Positions 23,101 through 34,713 of a stretch of 64,000 nt of DNA are shown in pieces (the stretch's first letter is position 1; each line of letters begins with the position of its first letter). The notes beneath the pieces are model-generated. The model worked only from the letters and a program-made list of their open reading frames with translations, did not search any database and was not told where the DNA came from. The position numbers were made by a program, and so were the translations under genes. The DNA lies in NCBI GenBank assembly GCA_002633005.1, contig NMRA01000133.1:750809-814808 (forward strand), given 5' to 3'. The stretch comes from Phoronis australis (taxonomy: Eukaryota > Animalia > Phoronida).

Positions 23101-26100
23101 CAGGTCGCATTTTGCGACTTTATACGAGCTGACAAAAATCTCAGCTCGCATTTCCAAATTTCAGGTGGCAAATGCGACCTGCAGCTCGTTATGTCGAGCC
23201 CTGTAACTTCACATTTTGTTTATGTTTTTTGAAAATGCTGCTGAATTGTGAAGTTGTGAAACAATATGTTTGAACCCACTGTTTTATTTATGAAAATGAA
23301 GCTCTAAACCGAGACATTTTGGTTTTAATTGGATGCTGCTAATATATGTATTAGCCAAAATGACTGTTGAAAGAAAATACCTAACAGATAAGGACATTTT
23401 CGTTTAGTGTTTTTGGACTGAAGTTTTCTTTTGCCTAGCCTTTTGTTGTTGTAGACATAGATTTGCTCTGTTTGTGGTTTAGATCAACACAATTTTGTTT
23501 TATTGCTAACTTCTGATACTTTTGCTGACAGGACCCAGTGACAGCTATTCTCCTGGCCGTGGACGGTCTCGTGGTGGCCGTGGATACAGAGGTCGAGGTA
23601 AGGTCATGGCTTAATCGACACAATTATCAGAATGCACACATTTCAGGTTGAACTGCACTTAACTTTGCTACACTTTTTGACTCTTTGTATTTCTTCTTAT
23701 TGGCCAATGAAGACTTTTATTTCCTCAAAATGTTTTGTTAAAGCCCTGTTGACGCATTTTGTCTCGAATTGTTGATCAGTTTGCATATACTGAGAATTTG
23801 CGTGTACTGAGAATTTCTGCATACAGAGAATTTTCGTATACAGAAGAGGGTTATCAGAGTAGACTGCCGTAATCTAAAATTATGTGTTAATGTTGCAGGT
23901 GGTTATGATAACAGATTTCGAGGAGAGAGAGGTAAGATAGCCCAGAATGTCCGCTGTTTCTGTCTTCTTCTTGACTGTGCCACTGTATTCGCTATAAGAG
24001 CACAAACCTACGCCAGGTATTTCAGTCTCACTCCATTGTAATAACAATTGGCGGAGGTAAAAGCATTATATTTCAGCATTAAAGGAGTCTTCTAAAGATA
24101 ATAAAAATTTGTCAAAACATGCTTGGACTAGGTTTTGATGATCATTTTTAATTCCACCAGCACTCGACAAGTGTCATCAATGTATCGACATGTAATTTGC
24201 GAAAAATCTCCGATAACAATCACAGTTTGTGGCAAATACCTGGGAAGATGACAACTGTTGCGACCCATGCTCCTAGCGATCATAGCAGCAAAAACAGATG
24301 TGCAAGTCCCCCATTCCAAAATCTCTAATTGACCTATTGCAAGCTCTGCCCCCTTGGGGAAAAGTTAACAAACAAACAATAAGTTTTACCCGGCAACGTG
24401 TTGTTTGGTGGCTAAAATGGCAGCTTGGTAACAAAGGTGTGTCAAGAATGCTGAATTCGGATTGGTCAGTTAAGCTATCATTCAAAATCTTGGCGATAGG
24501 TCAATCGATTGACACTTTGGCTATTTCTAGCTGTTCCTGAAAATTTTATCAAAATAATTCGTACGTTTGATACTTAAGCTGGTGACCATGTGACTCAATG
24601 GACCTGCTAAAGCAAGTGCTTGGCATCATGTGTCTATTAAAGGAGTTAGCAACAGTGAATGTCATGGATCAGGTATTTGAGTACAGTAAAATTTCCTCAA
24701 ATTCAAACAAAAATAATGGCTAAATTGACAATTTTTCATTTTTCAAATGCTCATTGCATGGCCAATAACGTTCAAAATTTCGTCATGTGTTTGCTGACGA
24801 CAGCCATGCTATATAAAGTTTTCAAATAATCATGCAAAATCGTCATCTTATTCACTCTTGTTTGAAAATTTTGAGAACATAAAATTTCACCGTTTCGCCA
24901 TATTGTGTTCCAATTTGAAGAAACTTCACCGTCTCATACCGTGTTGTCACTGCTTACTGTCATATACTATGTTGTCACTGTTTACCACTGTCGGCTGTTC
25001 TGATTGTAATCACACTTATGGTGGATGAAGGGCTGCTCAAATTGATTTCCTTTCACTTTGATTGCATAACGCATGCTTTCTAGTCGTCATTGCCTCATCC
25101 ACTTCCTTATGTTTTACTTTCAGAAACTGGTTACTATAGTGATAAGGATAGGCGTGGCTGGGAGAGGGAGAGAGGACGTGACGATCCCAGGATGGACATT
25201 CCTGATGACCCTAGAATGGACCGTCCACCATTTGACCCACGGTAGCACAATTGATTTTACTGCAACAAAATATAATGACAATTTTGATCTTCTCTCGCCT
25301 GCTCAGAGCTGTTAACTTGGCTTGGACAACTAAGTCCATCAGCAATAATTATTTGAGATGTCCTTAAACACTTGCAAGAAGTTGTTCAATCTTTAGAAGC
25401 AAACATTTATGTATAATGTACAAATGATATTGGTCATTTCTAGAGTGCAGCTTTCTTAGGTTGATCAATAAATGTATTTCACCTTCCTACGCCAGTCAAG
25501 TTTTACTGTTGTGTGGATTGCAACTCCAACAGTAGAAAATTAGATAAAGTTGAAAAGCATACGTGGATGTTTTCCAACATGATCCCTCGAATCAGCCCGA
25601 CATTTCCAAAACGAGGCCAATGAGACAATGCGTTTTACTATCTGGTTTCTATGTGAGACCGTCATATTCGATTGTCGACCTTATTTAAGAAGAGTTCATG
25701 ACTATCAGACACATTGTGTCCAACTGCAAAGAGAATGTACAATTGTCGACTGTATCAGATGCATGCACACTGACACAGTGAAGAACTAGGTAGAATAAGC
25801 TAACTGATTTTTCTTTTGCACTGTATTGGGACATGGAAATAGATTTTTGGTGCTGCAATTTGTGATTTAAAATGGTGTTCAAGTCCAGAAGTATGGTAGA
25901 GTAGTCAATTCAAGATCCAGTCTCGTAGTATTTTTTGGTGAAGCTAATAATAAATTATCAAAATTGAACCTTATTTGATTGTCTTGACAGACTTCAAGAA
26001 GACGATCGTCCTCGATTCAGGCATCAGGAGATGTCCCCAGGCCGACATCCGGGTGATCGAGAACGCGATTATGATCGAGGTCGGCCAGAAGAGACACCAC

Positions 26101-29100
26101 CTGTTGGTAGGCGAAGAGGTGACGAGGACGCGGCTGCAAAGTATCGCAGCAGGCCAGACATAGACGAAGAAAGGGGACGGAGACGAGACAAGTCACCGGC
26201 AGCAAATCAGTACAGAGAAGAAGATGTCAGAACAAAGTACAAGTCTGGGTCTGTTCATTTTTTTGAACTTGATGTTATGCAGACTGTTTTATAACAATAA
26301 CGTTTCCTTGGGGATGAGTAGTGCATTTAGTGTCTGAAATATCAATTGGGCAACTACCCCATACCTGTGACTTTGTCTTGTGACTGTGAAATACAGGTGT
26401 GTGCAATTGAAATTGAAATCTGTCCTATTTGCTATATGAAAACTTTTGCATATTCCTATCATAGGGATCGGCAGCGCGATATATCATCTCCATCTAGAGA
26501 GCGTGCAAGTCGACATGGTGATGAAGGCGGGAGAGGTAGACGTAAGGATGTCTCGCCATCAGCATCTAGTCACCATAGTGACGGTGGGAAACAGAAGGCC
26601 AGGAATGCCTCGCCCCATGGCAGTCGCTATGGCGATGAGGATGAGCGCCCACGCAGGGCTCGATCTCCCGAGGTGCAGAGATATTCCCGCGATCGAGAAC
26701 GGGAAAGAGACAGGGATAGAGACGAGGACAAACGGAAGGAGCGAGACGGAGAAAGAGAAAGGGACAGGGGAGGCAAACCTAGGATGAGGAAAGACGAACT
26801 TATATCAGAGTTTAAGGCCGAGCGACAAGACAAGTCATCTCCGGTGCCTTCAGAACGAAGGGACAAATCCTCATCTTCCCGCCGCAGTGACAATTCTCCT
26901 CATCGGTCAGAACGGCGAGACAAACGGGTATGTAGCCCAGTGTGTTACATTGGAAGAGCTAACGGTAATATTCCTGTGAAGAGAGTTGATGTTTTTAGCA
27001 TCATAGCATTGTTCTTTGGTAGCTTTACAAAAACATTTGTGCCATGCAATGTATACCAGAAAATGTAGACCTATGCCATTTTTTGGTATTACTAATAATG
27101 CTCCTCTCAGCCATCATAGAGGGGAAATTAGACACCTGGTATTAGGGTAAATAACTGAGACAAAAACAGATGGCAGTAAAATGTAGTGACGTGGGTACCT
27201 GTGGAGTACACTTATTAAGCATTTTTTGGTTCAGTTGTGCCCGTTTACTATTTAAAAATCCAATTCATTTGCCCAGCACCTCGTTGTTGGCATGTGTTCA
27301 AAAGAAAACCTCAGAAGAAAATCTCGTCGGACTGCCTGATGGTCTGAGGTGACACGTGTTGACCTTTGATATGAAACTGATTGTATGTATCATGTTACTG
27401 CTATTCCCTGGAGCTGTTGTGCTGAATATTTGATAAGTCTGCGAGGACGTTTTCTTACAAGATTATGCTGAGCACCTTCTGCTTACACGTCATCAGTGGC
27501 TGCCTGGGTCATTTATGCCCAAGTCTATTGCCATTCTTAGCTAAAATCGCCGCATTTATCCTGTGCTGTAATTTGAGTTTTAATTAACTTGCACGTTTTA
27601 AGTAATTTTTGTATTTGTTTCCATTTCCGCCACTTTCATACATTCATCAAAGCTACAAGCAGATTTCTGCATGTTTTTTTATTGAATATTAGCTATACTT
27701 GGTGATCAGTTCTAGACTCATCTTTCCTAAGTCATGTTAAACTGAAGTGTATGTTAGTTGAAAACTGGTATCATTTATTGATCCGTAGACCTGATTTTAC
27801 TTACTGGAGAAATTTAATTGTAGGTGTTGATGAAAAACTCCAAGATTATGGTGGTAATATTACCGTAGTATCTTTCTTTTAGTCCTTGGAAAGGGAAGAG
27901 AAAATTGATAAAAGGGACGAAGAAAATCGAGAGAGGAAAAGAAAACGTTCGCCTTCACCAGTGCGAGATGAGAAGGAAAGAAAAAGACCACATTTGGGTA
28001 TGCTCTAGAGGTGTTCTCATTCAACCTCATAGTGTTTATGTGGGTGCATTATGCTGTTGTCCTTATACGTCTGTTCGTTCACCATCTGTTGCTGTATCTC
28101 CAACACCCGTGAGTGAATGTTCATGACATTTTGCAGATATACTCCTGTCATGGAGGAGTGCCCAGCAAATTTTCGGACAAACGCGACCACCAGTATACCC
28201 CTTGTGGCAATTATATTTTGTTACAGAAAATTTTTTATTTCATTTAGAATGTATTTGGCATATTCTGTGCCACCTATTTGCCATTTTATGCACCCACACA
28301 CATAGGCTATTTTAAGTTTACTGGTGGGAATGTTTGAAATAATCCTCCCTTGTATGTGCACTGTATGGGATGCACACGGTGAGCGCTTGTCAACGCTCCA
28401 CGATGCTCTTGTTATTGTTGTTTGCATCGATTATCAGTTATCAATTGGAAGTCTTTGACTTCATATTTGGTTGGAAAGATTGTTGAGGCTTTTCACCGAG
28501 GCACTGTGGCTGTTACCAATTTTTCAGTTCGGCGAGATATGATCAGTTACTTGTTAAATTGTTTATTCTCTGAAAGAGTACCCAATGATGCTGTAATGAA
28601 CATATGTTTAATTGCTGAAACAGCGTTTGAACCATGATGTTTAACTGTAATGTTGTTTCACAGCTGATTCAGTGCCTGCCTCTCCCCAGCCTGCTGAGGT
28701 GGGTACTCCCACAGTTGATGAGGCAGTGAGGCTTGGACCCACAGACACATCAACAGGTATGTTGAAGACCTGAGTAGTAACAGTCAACACAGGTAGGGTA
28801 TAACCTCTGCATCCCTCTCGTCATGAAAATCTGGAAAGTGATGCGTGTTTGCTGTCATAGAAACTGAATGGAAAATGAAGATACGATGAACATTCTGGGA
28901 GATCTCATGAAACATTCATCAATCAAATAAAAATGTCTTATTTTTGAAGTCACTTTGCGAAAACCCTTTATTTTACTTAACACTTTGTGAGTTGATGAAG
29001 TTGTCGTTAAAGGCTTGGCAACCGTCGTTTGTAGAACTTAGTAATTTGTCTATTTTTATCAAACATGACTAATAAAAATTAAAATTTTAGTTACATTGGG

Positions 29101-32100
29101 GCTTGGCTCTGTAGCACAGTCTATGGTCAAGTAGACATACACCAGACTACTTCTTTGCAGAACATCCTACGGTAGTAGGTTTGTATTTTTCTCGTGTTGA
29201 CTGAAGGAAGAGTTTATTGATTGGTAAAAGTTAAATATTTTTTATTTATACACCTCGCCCCATCTAAAATTGTGTTGCATATGCATGTCTGTAAAGTTTC
29301 ACTGTTCCAAATTTAGTTGTAGTACGATGTCCGTACTGCATTCCTGGTATGTGATAATGAAAAGTGTTATACTCAAATGAGTCGAGGAAAGTCAATGACG
29401 CTAAGTTTTAACTTTACTTGTCTAGGTCTTGAATAGTAGCGAGTATCAATTTCTATAAGCAGGTAATATGTCACCAATTTAGGGCACAATATGGCTAACA
29501 AGTGAAATTTTATTTTCTCGTTTTTTCATAAAAATTTTATAGCGTGAAATGAATGCTCTAGCTGTGCTATAGCTATGGTCAAAAAATATTTTGAATAATC
29601 TTTTGGCATTCACAATAATGTTAGAAGACTTTCAAAAAAGGTAATTTTAGCAATTATTTTTGTCCGAAATTGGCATGATTTTACCCCTATTAATATGACA
29701 AAAACACTGCAAATATAATTTCTTGGGACAAAATTCTAATCTGATAAAAAAATTACTCAAATTTGATTGAAGAAATCGTGTCATTTCAAGTTTTGACATT
29801 TGTAACCCTTTTTGTATCTACCTGCATAGATGTGAAAGTTGAGGAACCCTCGGCTACAGCCGAGTTCAGTGATTGGTCAGATGAGGACATGACAGCAGAG
29901 CCATCACCGGTATCTGACACCAAGGTAAACGTTGTTATAGTGGACAAAGGATAACCAGTCCTACTGGGTAACTTGGCCCAAGTTATTGGTATTAATTTAA
30001 CAGAAAGTTGTAAAATTGTTATCAACATTTTTGTTGATGTATGGCCTTTCATAGCTTACCCTTCTGGGGACATTACTTAGTGCACCCACATGTATGTATG
30101 GGTGGTCCCATTTTGAGCTTGGAGAGAGTAACTAGTCCACATAGTGGCTTAGAATATTTCGGATGGTTGTGTATCATGGTTGTCATTCAAACACAAGACC
30201 TTTTGAAATTGACATGCAAAGTCAGTAGTTCTTTGTGAACCTTGCTCTTTGTCATACAACTGTACCAGTTGGACTGTAAACACTTCTTAACAAAGGGTTT
30301 ATGGTCCTGGTTGAGAAGATAACTGTTTTATTACCCCTATATGGATTCAGAATAGTTGAGCCTGAAATGTAGTTGCAGAGAGGAGAAAATCAGCATGCCG
30401 ACTGCAAAACATTTTTGCATGTCGTTTTTAATTGAACAGAATTTGAAACTGAAATTTGTTGTTTTTGAGTGTTTCACGCCAACTTTTGAATGAAATTTAT
30501 TCAAACTGTCGAAAAGATATTGGAATTTGTGCAAGTTTTCTTTTGGAAATGTAAATGTTTATATTGAAAGTTACAGATTACGTGCCAATGAGTTGTCAGG
30601 CGTGTGTTTGGATCAAAGAGAGGGTGTCAACGCAGACAATTTTCAAATAGCTTAGTCGGACTACTGCTATAACCCCTGTTGGCAATGTTATTTTATTTGC
30701 ACCTGCCTCAATTTCTACCAAGTTTGGTGAAACATGGTGAAATTTGAAATGTTTCTAATGAGATGGTACACCTTGATTTTCAATGGATATGAAAACCGCT
30801 ATGCCATCTGGTGGCAGTTTTAGATTTTTGCACCTACCTTAGTACCTACTAAGTTTGGTGAAGAATTGTCATGAAATTTTGACAGTTATGTTTCTTATGT
30901 AGGGAGTATGGTAATTTGGTGTCCGTTTCTTTTTTTGGCATCGGTTGTTCTGTCTACCTAACAGCTTACTAAATCTTCAGGAAATTTGGTAGAAGTGTTT
31001 CTGTTGAAGGTTGTCTGACTTACATTGATATTTGCCTCCTAGTGGAAATGCTATGTTGTTACACCTGCCTCACCAATCTAGTGCCAAATTCAAATGGACC
31101 ATCATGCAATTTGTTAAATGTTCCCCTTAACTAGAGCAAGTCCTATGTTGACTTTCGAATGGAACCGCCCACTGCTGTGCCCTTTTGTTTGGATTTCACC
31201 TTTTGGCCTCTGTAAATGCAGAATCTCTTGGTGGAACTTTGTTAAATTTGACATATGTGCTTCTGCACCTGCCCAACTGTGCTGTGGCATGTTCTGTGTC
31301 CTTCAGTGACGTTGATAATTGGACAATTTCAACTACTGCTGCAGTCCTTGTGGCAGTATTAATAGTTTTCTTTCCAGCAGTCTCAGTATCGACCAGGGGT
31401 GCATTTGCCACTGAATTTTCACGTGATCAGCACTATGCCACATTGACACAATTTTAAATTCACTAGTGTACCACTCAAGTGCGTGGAAATGTTTGAAAAA
31501 ATGAGCACTCCTCATAACTGCCATTTGTGATGCCCAATGTGGGCTCTTGTTGCTGTCACAATTTCTCATTTCTCGTTCTGTTTTTGTCTGTAAACAAGAG
31601 CTTCATGGATGACAGAAAATAATGCCAGCTATTGCTATTTATTTTTTGCATTGTAGTCTGAACAAAGGGATGACAAACCTGAGAAACCTAAACAAGAAAA
31701 GCAAACCGAAGAGTAAGTGACAGTGGTGTGTCTGCTTAGCGGTGGCTTATTTTCAGTTGCACAAGAGCAAAACAGTGGCTGGACTGACAGTCAGCAGGTG
31801 TATTTGAAATTAAAACTACCTCGATGGTTTTCAGTCTGGAGGTGGTTGCATGTCATTTCAAAATGGGCAGCTTGAAAATTCACTGAGTAGCGCTGAGACG
31901 AAGGTCCTACCAGTATAAATGCATACATTCAGGTAGTCGTGAGGGACTCTTAGCCCATAAACCAAAAATAAATTGCAATCGTGTGCTTCAAAAATTTCTG
32001 TATTGTGTGGCTAGAGATGCACTGTGTGCTCAATTTCTTATACTTAAGTTCCCAATTTGAACTCTGATCTCATTGTAGGTCTTCCCTCGATAATTAATTT

Positions 32101-34713
32101 AAGTGTTGCGTCATGTTACTGAGCTTCTCTCAACATCTACTACATGAGGTTGAAATTTTACTTTGTTTGTCGTGTGCTTTACAGCAGTGTTAGTACAGCA
32201 CGGAATGATAATTGAACCTTCCTCTGCAGGGATGAGGCCAAAGGACCCGAGACTATGGAGTATGACCCCATCTCGGACGATGAACTGGATGAGTTATTGG
32301 ATGATTCAAACTCAGTTGATCAGCCAGTCAAAAGCAAGTCTGTTGACGCTCTCGATATAGATTGGGCCAGTCTAATGAAACATTCTAAACCCAAGGTTGC
32401 TGTTGAAGGATCTGCGTTGAAGAGATTCACACCAGCTAATGTGTTCTCTAGACTTGGACTGGCTTCAGAGTACGCAGGAGAGGCAGTGATGGAGAAGATT
32501 CGCAAAGCGTGTCAGGACGAACTGGACAAAGAGGCTCAAGAGAGTAGGTTTTACGAAGGTTAATAGTTAAAGCGGCGTTCAGCCTGTTTTTTGTCGAAAA
32601 CAAATTTTGATTTAGGCCAATAACTTATAAAATTGGCCTTGTTCCTTTCCCAGTTTAGAAGTGACCTCTGTGGGCCGGCAAGAACTGACAGTTTGTTATT
32701 TCTTTAGACCAGGCCCATATTTCCGGGTCGTATGACCTGAAAGTTTATGAGTCTGATCTTGAGTAACAACAAATTGTCAGTTCTCTTGGAGTCGTAAAGT
32801 CACCAATAATTTGAACGATTTGAGAACAATTTCATATTAAATAGCAAGTGGCCTAAATCTAAACTAGTTTTTTGACAGAAAGCACGCGTTTAAATGCGCT
32901 TTGAATTAACTTGAATTTCTTAAATGCAATTTTGAGATCAATTCCAGATAGGTCTGTGAATGTTGTTGAATCACCTTTTGTGTCTTGAGGTAATTTATAC
33001 ACGAAAGCCTTTGAATTGACTTGCATGGAATACTGCATTCATTGCTTGAACACGGCAAGGTCAATAGTTCAATCCTACTGGAACATCCTAAGTGTGGTTC
33101 AATATGCAACTCAACGCTTTGTAAATTGGGGATCACTTACTGGGTTTCCCTAATGATTATGTTTGCATTAGTCGTAATGAACCTGAACCTGGTGTTCAAG
33201 ATGATGAAGATTATGTCACAGCAACAGTGAAGTGAAATAGGCTTTATATTAAAGTTTACATTAAAGTTGCTACAAATCGACTTTCCGTCAAAAAAGATAA
33301 GTTTTGCTACTGCAATAGATAATATAATTGGAGGCAGTCTGATACACGTTCTACCAGATGTGCACAGGCCGTGCATGCATGTGGGCCCATTGCAGTGGTC
33401 ACATGGAACCATTTTTATGCTTTATTAATATATGGTTAAAAACGAGCCGAGGAGCTAGAAACCAGATTCAAGGGTTTAGCAGTGTGACTCAGTGGGACTT
33501 GAACCCACGACCTTGAGTAAAGAAAGCGGGCACCTATCACACTAGGCCACACTGCCTCCTCTTTTGCTAGTACAAACCCGTAGTTATGAAATTGCCCCCA
33601 TTAAGTGATTTTCAGACAGTTCATTTTATTGACACAATGTGTGCTTTTAAGTGCTTTAATGTTGATTTCTAAGAGTTTCTAAGTAGTAGTTAAATTGGAT
33701 GCATCCCACAGCATGAGTGTATAGTGTATCATTCAACTGATTTGTAATGTTCTCGTGAACGAAGTCACCATTTATTGCATTAATTCTGTGCCGTTTGTTA
33801 TGAAGGTGGAACTGCGGCCAGAACGTTCAAGTTCGAAAGTGATATTGCTGGTTTCCACGTAAATATTGTGGAATCGCGCAAGGCTCGTGAATCACTGGTG
33901 ACCAGCGTTGGCGAATTCCGGCGTGCTTTGTGTGCAAGGCGTGATCTGCGAATACGACGCACACTGTGTAAGCTAGATAAGGTAGGCAGGAAATGCGTCA
34001 TGCATTGTAACTCTCACCTGATATATCTATCACAAGATTTATTTTACATCTGCATTCAAGTTCGTGAAATTCATGTCAATCTGGAGAGCGATTTGATTTA
34101 CAGTATAACTAGCACAAGTCGGGTACAACTGGACCGAAAATTTCTTCAGAGTTTGGCCAAGTCCGACCTACATGAGAACACAAGTTCATTAACTAGAGTG
34201 GCTGTACCACAAAACTTTTTCAGGGTTTGGGGAAAATACGATTTACGCATGTCGAACTTATGTGACATTTACTTTAGTTCAAACATGGCTTAAGACAGCT
34301 CCAAGGCAGAAAATAGCCTCATCCAATTCTGTTTAAATTGGTAAAGCCATGTTTTTACATTTTTTAGGCCTACATTTTGCTATAACAGCTCAAAGTGTTG
34401 CCATGTATTTACAATGACCAGTGAGCAGTACAGCAACAAATGTGACAAATTGACTTTCGTTCAGTTTTATTCAAAACTTTAGCGAAACAAAACTCCATCA
34501 TATCGCTTGTTAAGCTAAGAAACATTACTTTATTTTGAGGGAACTGAAGATGATAGCATTTCTTCTAACTGCTTCACACTTTCTCTATTTCAGAGTGTAG
34601 ATCAGGCACTATTGTACCCAAGTCCTGTCTATGACCGTGACCTTCACAATCTCAGTATTCAACTGTTCCGCTCTGGACAACCGTCTTCATCCTCAACTGT
34701 GGAAACTGCATAG
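8064..34713 (+). CDS. ZC3H13: Zinc finger CCCH domain-containing protein 13 (ZC3H13/Flacc), m6A methyltransferase-associated complex subunit; 21 coding exons
   Basis: Phase-consistent exons: 8064-8174, 10416-10516, 11787-11868, 12210-12315, 13911-14023, 14422-14513, 14893-14973, 15583-16665, 19749-19879, 23532-23597, 23899-23931, 25124-25241, 25991-26248, 26465-26927, 27883-27997, 28664-28756, 29830-29924, 31657-31712, 32230-32543, 33806-33981, 34594-34713. Hallmarks: MSKSRRRVTVE..KPSVFERLG, CCCH finger CRNWLKYGTCTYGSNCRYSH, a long RS/RD/RE region, FSDWSDED, YDPISDDELDELL, LDIDWASLM..ALKRFTP, ALCARRDLRIRRTL, DLHNLSIQLFR. Confidence 0.92.
8143..8413 (+). repeat. 54-bp tandem repeat x5 spanning the exon/intron boundary of the first ZC3H13 coding exon
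   Basis: Unit ttggtac(a/g)ggaggcttatctaggacgtatgaggtagatttaagcttattgtgca; GT donors at 8175, 8229, 8283, 8337 and 8391. Confidence 0.95.
9843..10338. mobile_element. hAT-like MITE with 6-bp TSD
   Basis: TIR CAGGGCTTGGAAT/ATTCCAAGCCCTG, ATGTTG on both flanks, and subterminal tttccgcg repeats. Confidence 0.75.
10416..10516 (+). CDS. ZC3H13: ZC3H13 CCCH zinc-finger exon
   Basis: tttttgtag|GQSYSDKCRNWLKYGTCTYGSNCRYSHGDDSKKG|gtatag. Confidence 0.9.
12085..12209 (+). repeat. 36-bp tandem repeat (~3.5 copies) ending in the ZC3H13 exon-4 acceptor
   Basis: Units of ccatacttcactttgcagtactgctcttgtaatgag, with AG ending at 12102, 12138, 12174 and 12209 (the one used). Confidence 0.9.
12330..13105 (+). 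repeat. 42-47 bp minisatellite (~17 copies)
   Basis: Unit ttaaaccaatccgtgac(g/a)tcacatgaaa(c/t)caagactgttgtatttt, with recurring variant types. Confidence 0.95.
15583..16665 (+). CDS. ZC3H13: ZC3H13 large Ser/Arg/Pro-rich exon
   Basis: Lies inside ORF 15521..16690; ttttcag acceptor and AG|GTCAGT donor. Confidence 0.88.
16874..19634 (+). mobile_element. Helentron-associated non-autonomous element (HINE/DINE-like): two adjacent or nested copies, the second starting at ~18165
   Basis: 5' ttttatgcgcccacacatttatatgtgggtgc inverted repeat, ~145-bp internal repeats with gccacctagtggc, 3' stem-loop tgaagtgca..tgcatttca, terminus ttgctcttgtt. Confidence 0.65.
20127..21113. mobile_element. piggyBac-like MITE (middle layer)
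   Basis: TTAA|CCCGTATCTTGC ... GCAGGATAAGGG|TTAA. Confidence 0.6.
20490..20918. mobile_element. Near-perfect palindromic MITE with 5-bp TSD (inner layer)
   Basis: Arms of roughly 190 bp, CAAGGTACCTAAACTACACGG.. / ..CCGTGTAGTTTAGGTACCTTG, with AAGGC at 20485-20489 and 20919-20923. Confidence 0.85.
21559..23203. mobile_element. hAT-like non-autonomous element with 5-bp TSD (spans an assembly gap)
   Basis: TIR CAGGGCTCGAC/GTCGAGCCCTG, TAACT on both flanks, and subterminal caggtcgca repeats. An end fragment of the same family lies at ~9505-9553. Confidence 0.75.
24327..24505. mobile_element. Short MITE; a second copy at ~60950-61600 is interrupted by an insertion
   Basis: TIR attgacctat/ataggtcaat; the internal sequence (gcaagctctgcccctt..ggtgtgtcaagaatgctg) is shared between the copies. 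Confidence 0.7.
26465..26927 (+). CDS. ZC3H13: ZC3H13 RD/RE-rich exon
   Basis: Lies inside ORF 26346..27068; catag acceptor and CGG|GTATGT donor. Confidence 0.85.
28025..28413 (+). mobile_element. Short degenerate HINE-like copy
   Basis: tatgtgggtgcattatgctgt head, one cccttgtggcaatt repeat, terminus tgctcttgtt. Confidence 0.5.
32230..32543 (+). CDS. ZC3H13: ZC3H13 conserved C-terminal domain exon
   Basis: MEYDPISDDELDELL..LDIDWASLMK..ALKRFTPANVFSRLG. The donor is probably A|GTAGGT; an alternative at 32558 has the same phase. Confidence 0.85.
32571..32901. mobile_element. Old MITE with degenerate TIRs (Kolobok-like, TTAA on the left)
   Basis: ttaaagcggcgttcagcctgttttttgtcgaaaacaaattttgatttaggcc versus the reverse complement of ggcctaaatctaaactagttttttgacagaaagcacgcgtttaaatgcgctttgaa. 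Confidence 0.45.
33325..33556 (-). mobile_element. tRNA-derived SINE
   Basis: Minus-strand head ggcagtgtggcctagtg (A box) .. gggttcaagtccc (B box). The body (ggaaccatttttatgctttattaat..) recurs at ~11935-12082. Confidence 0.65.
33806..33981 (+). CDS. ZC3H13: ZC3H13 penultimate coding exon
   Basis: FKFESDIAGFHV..RESLVTSVGEFRRALCARRDLRIRRTLCKLDK|gtaggc. Confidence 0.85.
34594..34713 (+). CDS. ZC3H13: ZC3H13 last coding exon
   Basis: tttcag|SVDQALLYPSPVYDRDLHNLSIQLFRSGQPSSSSTVETA*TAG. AATAAA occurs downstream at ~34810 and ~35188. Confidence 0.85.
   Translation, partial: SVDQALLYPSPVYDRDLHNLSIQLFRSGQPSSSSTVETA

Noticed and set aside
33172-33233. Extra or alternative terminal ZC3H13 exon (RNEPEPGVQDDEDYVTATVK)
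   Set aside because: It looks coding-like, but I found no convincing phase-compatible donor, and the flanking exons join in frame without it. It needs transcript data.
33482-33556. Functional tRNA gene
   Set aside because: A and B boxes are present but the acceptor and anticodon stems pair poorly, and it is attached to a body repeated at ~12 kb, so it is better explained as a SINE head.
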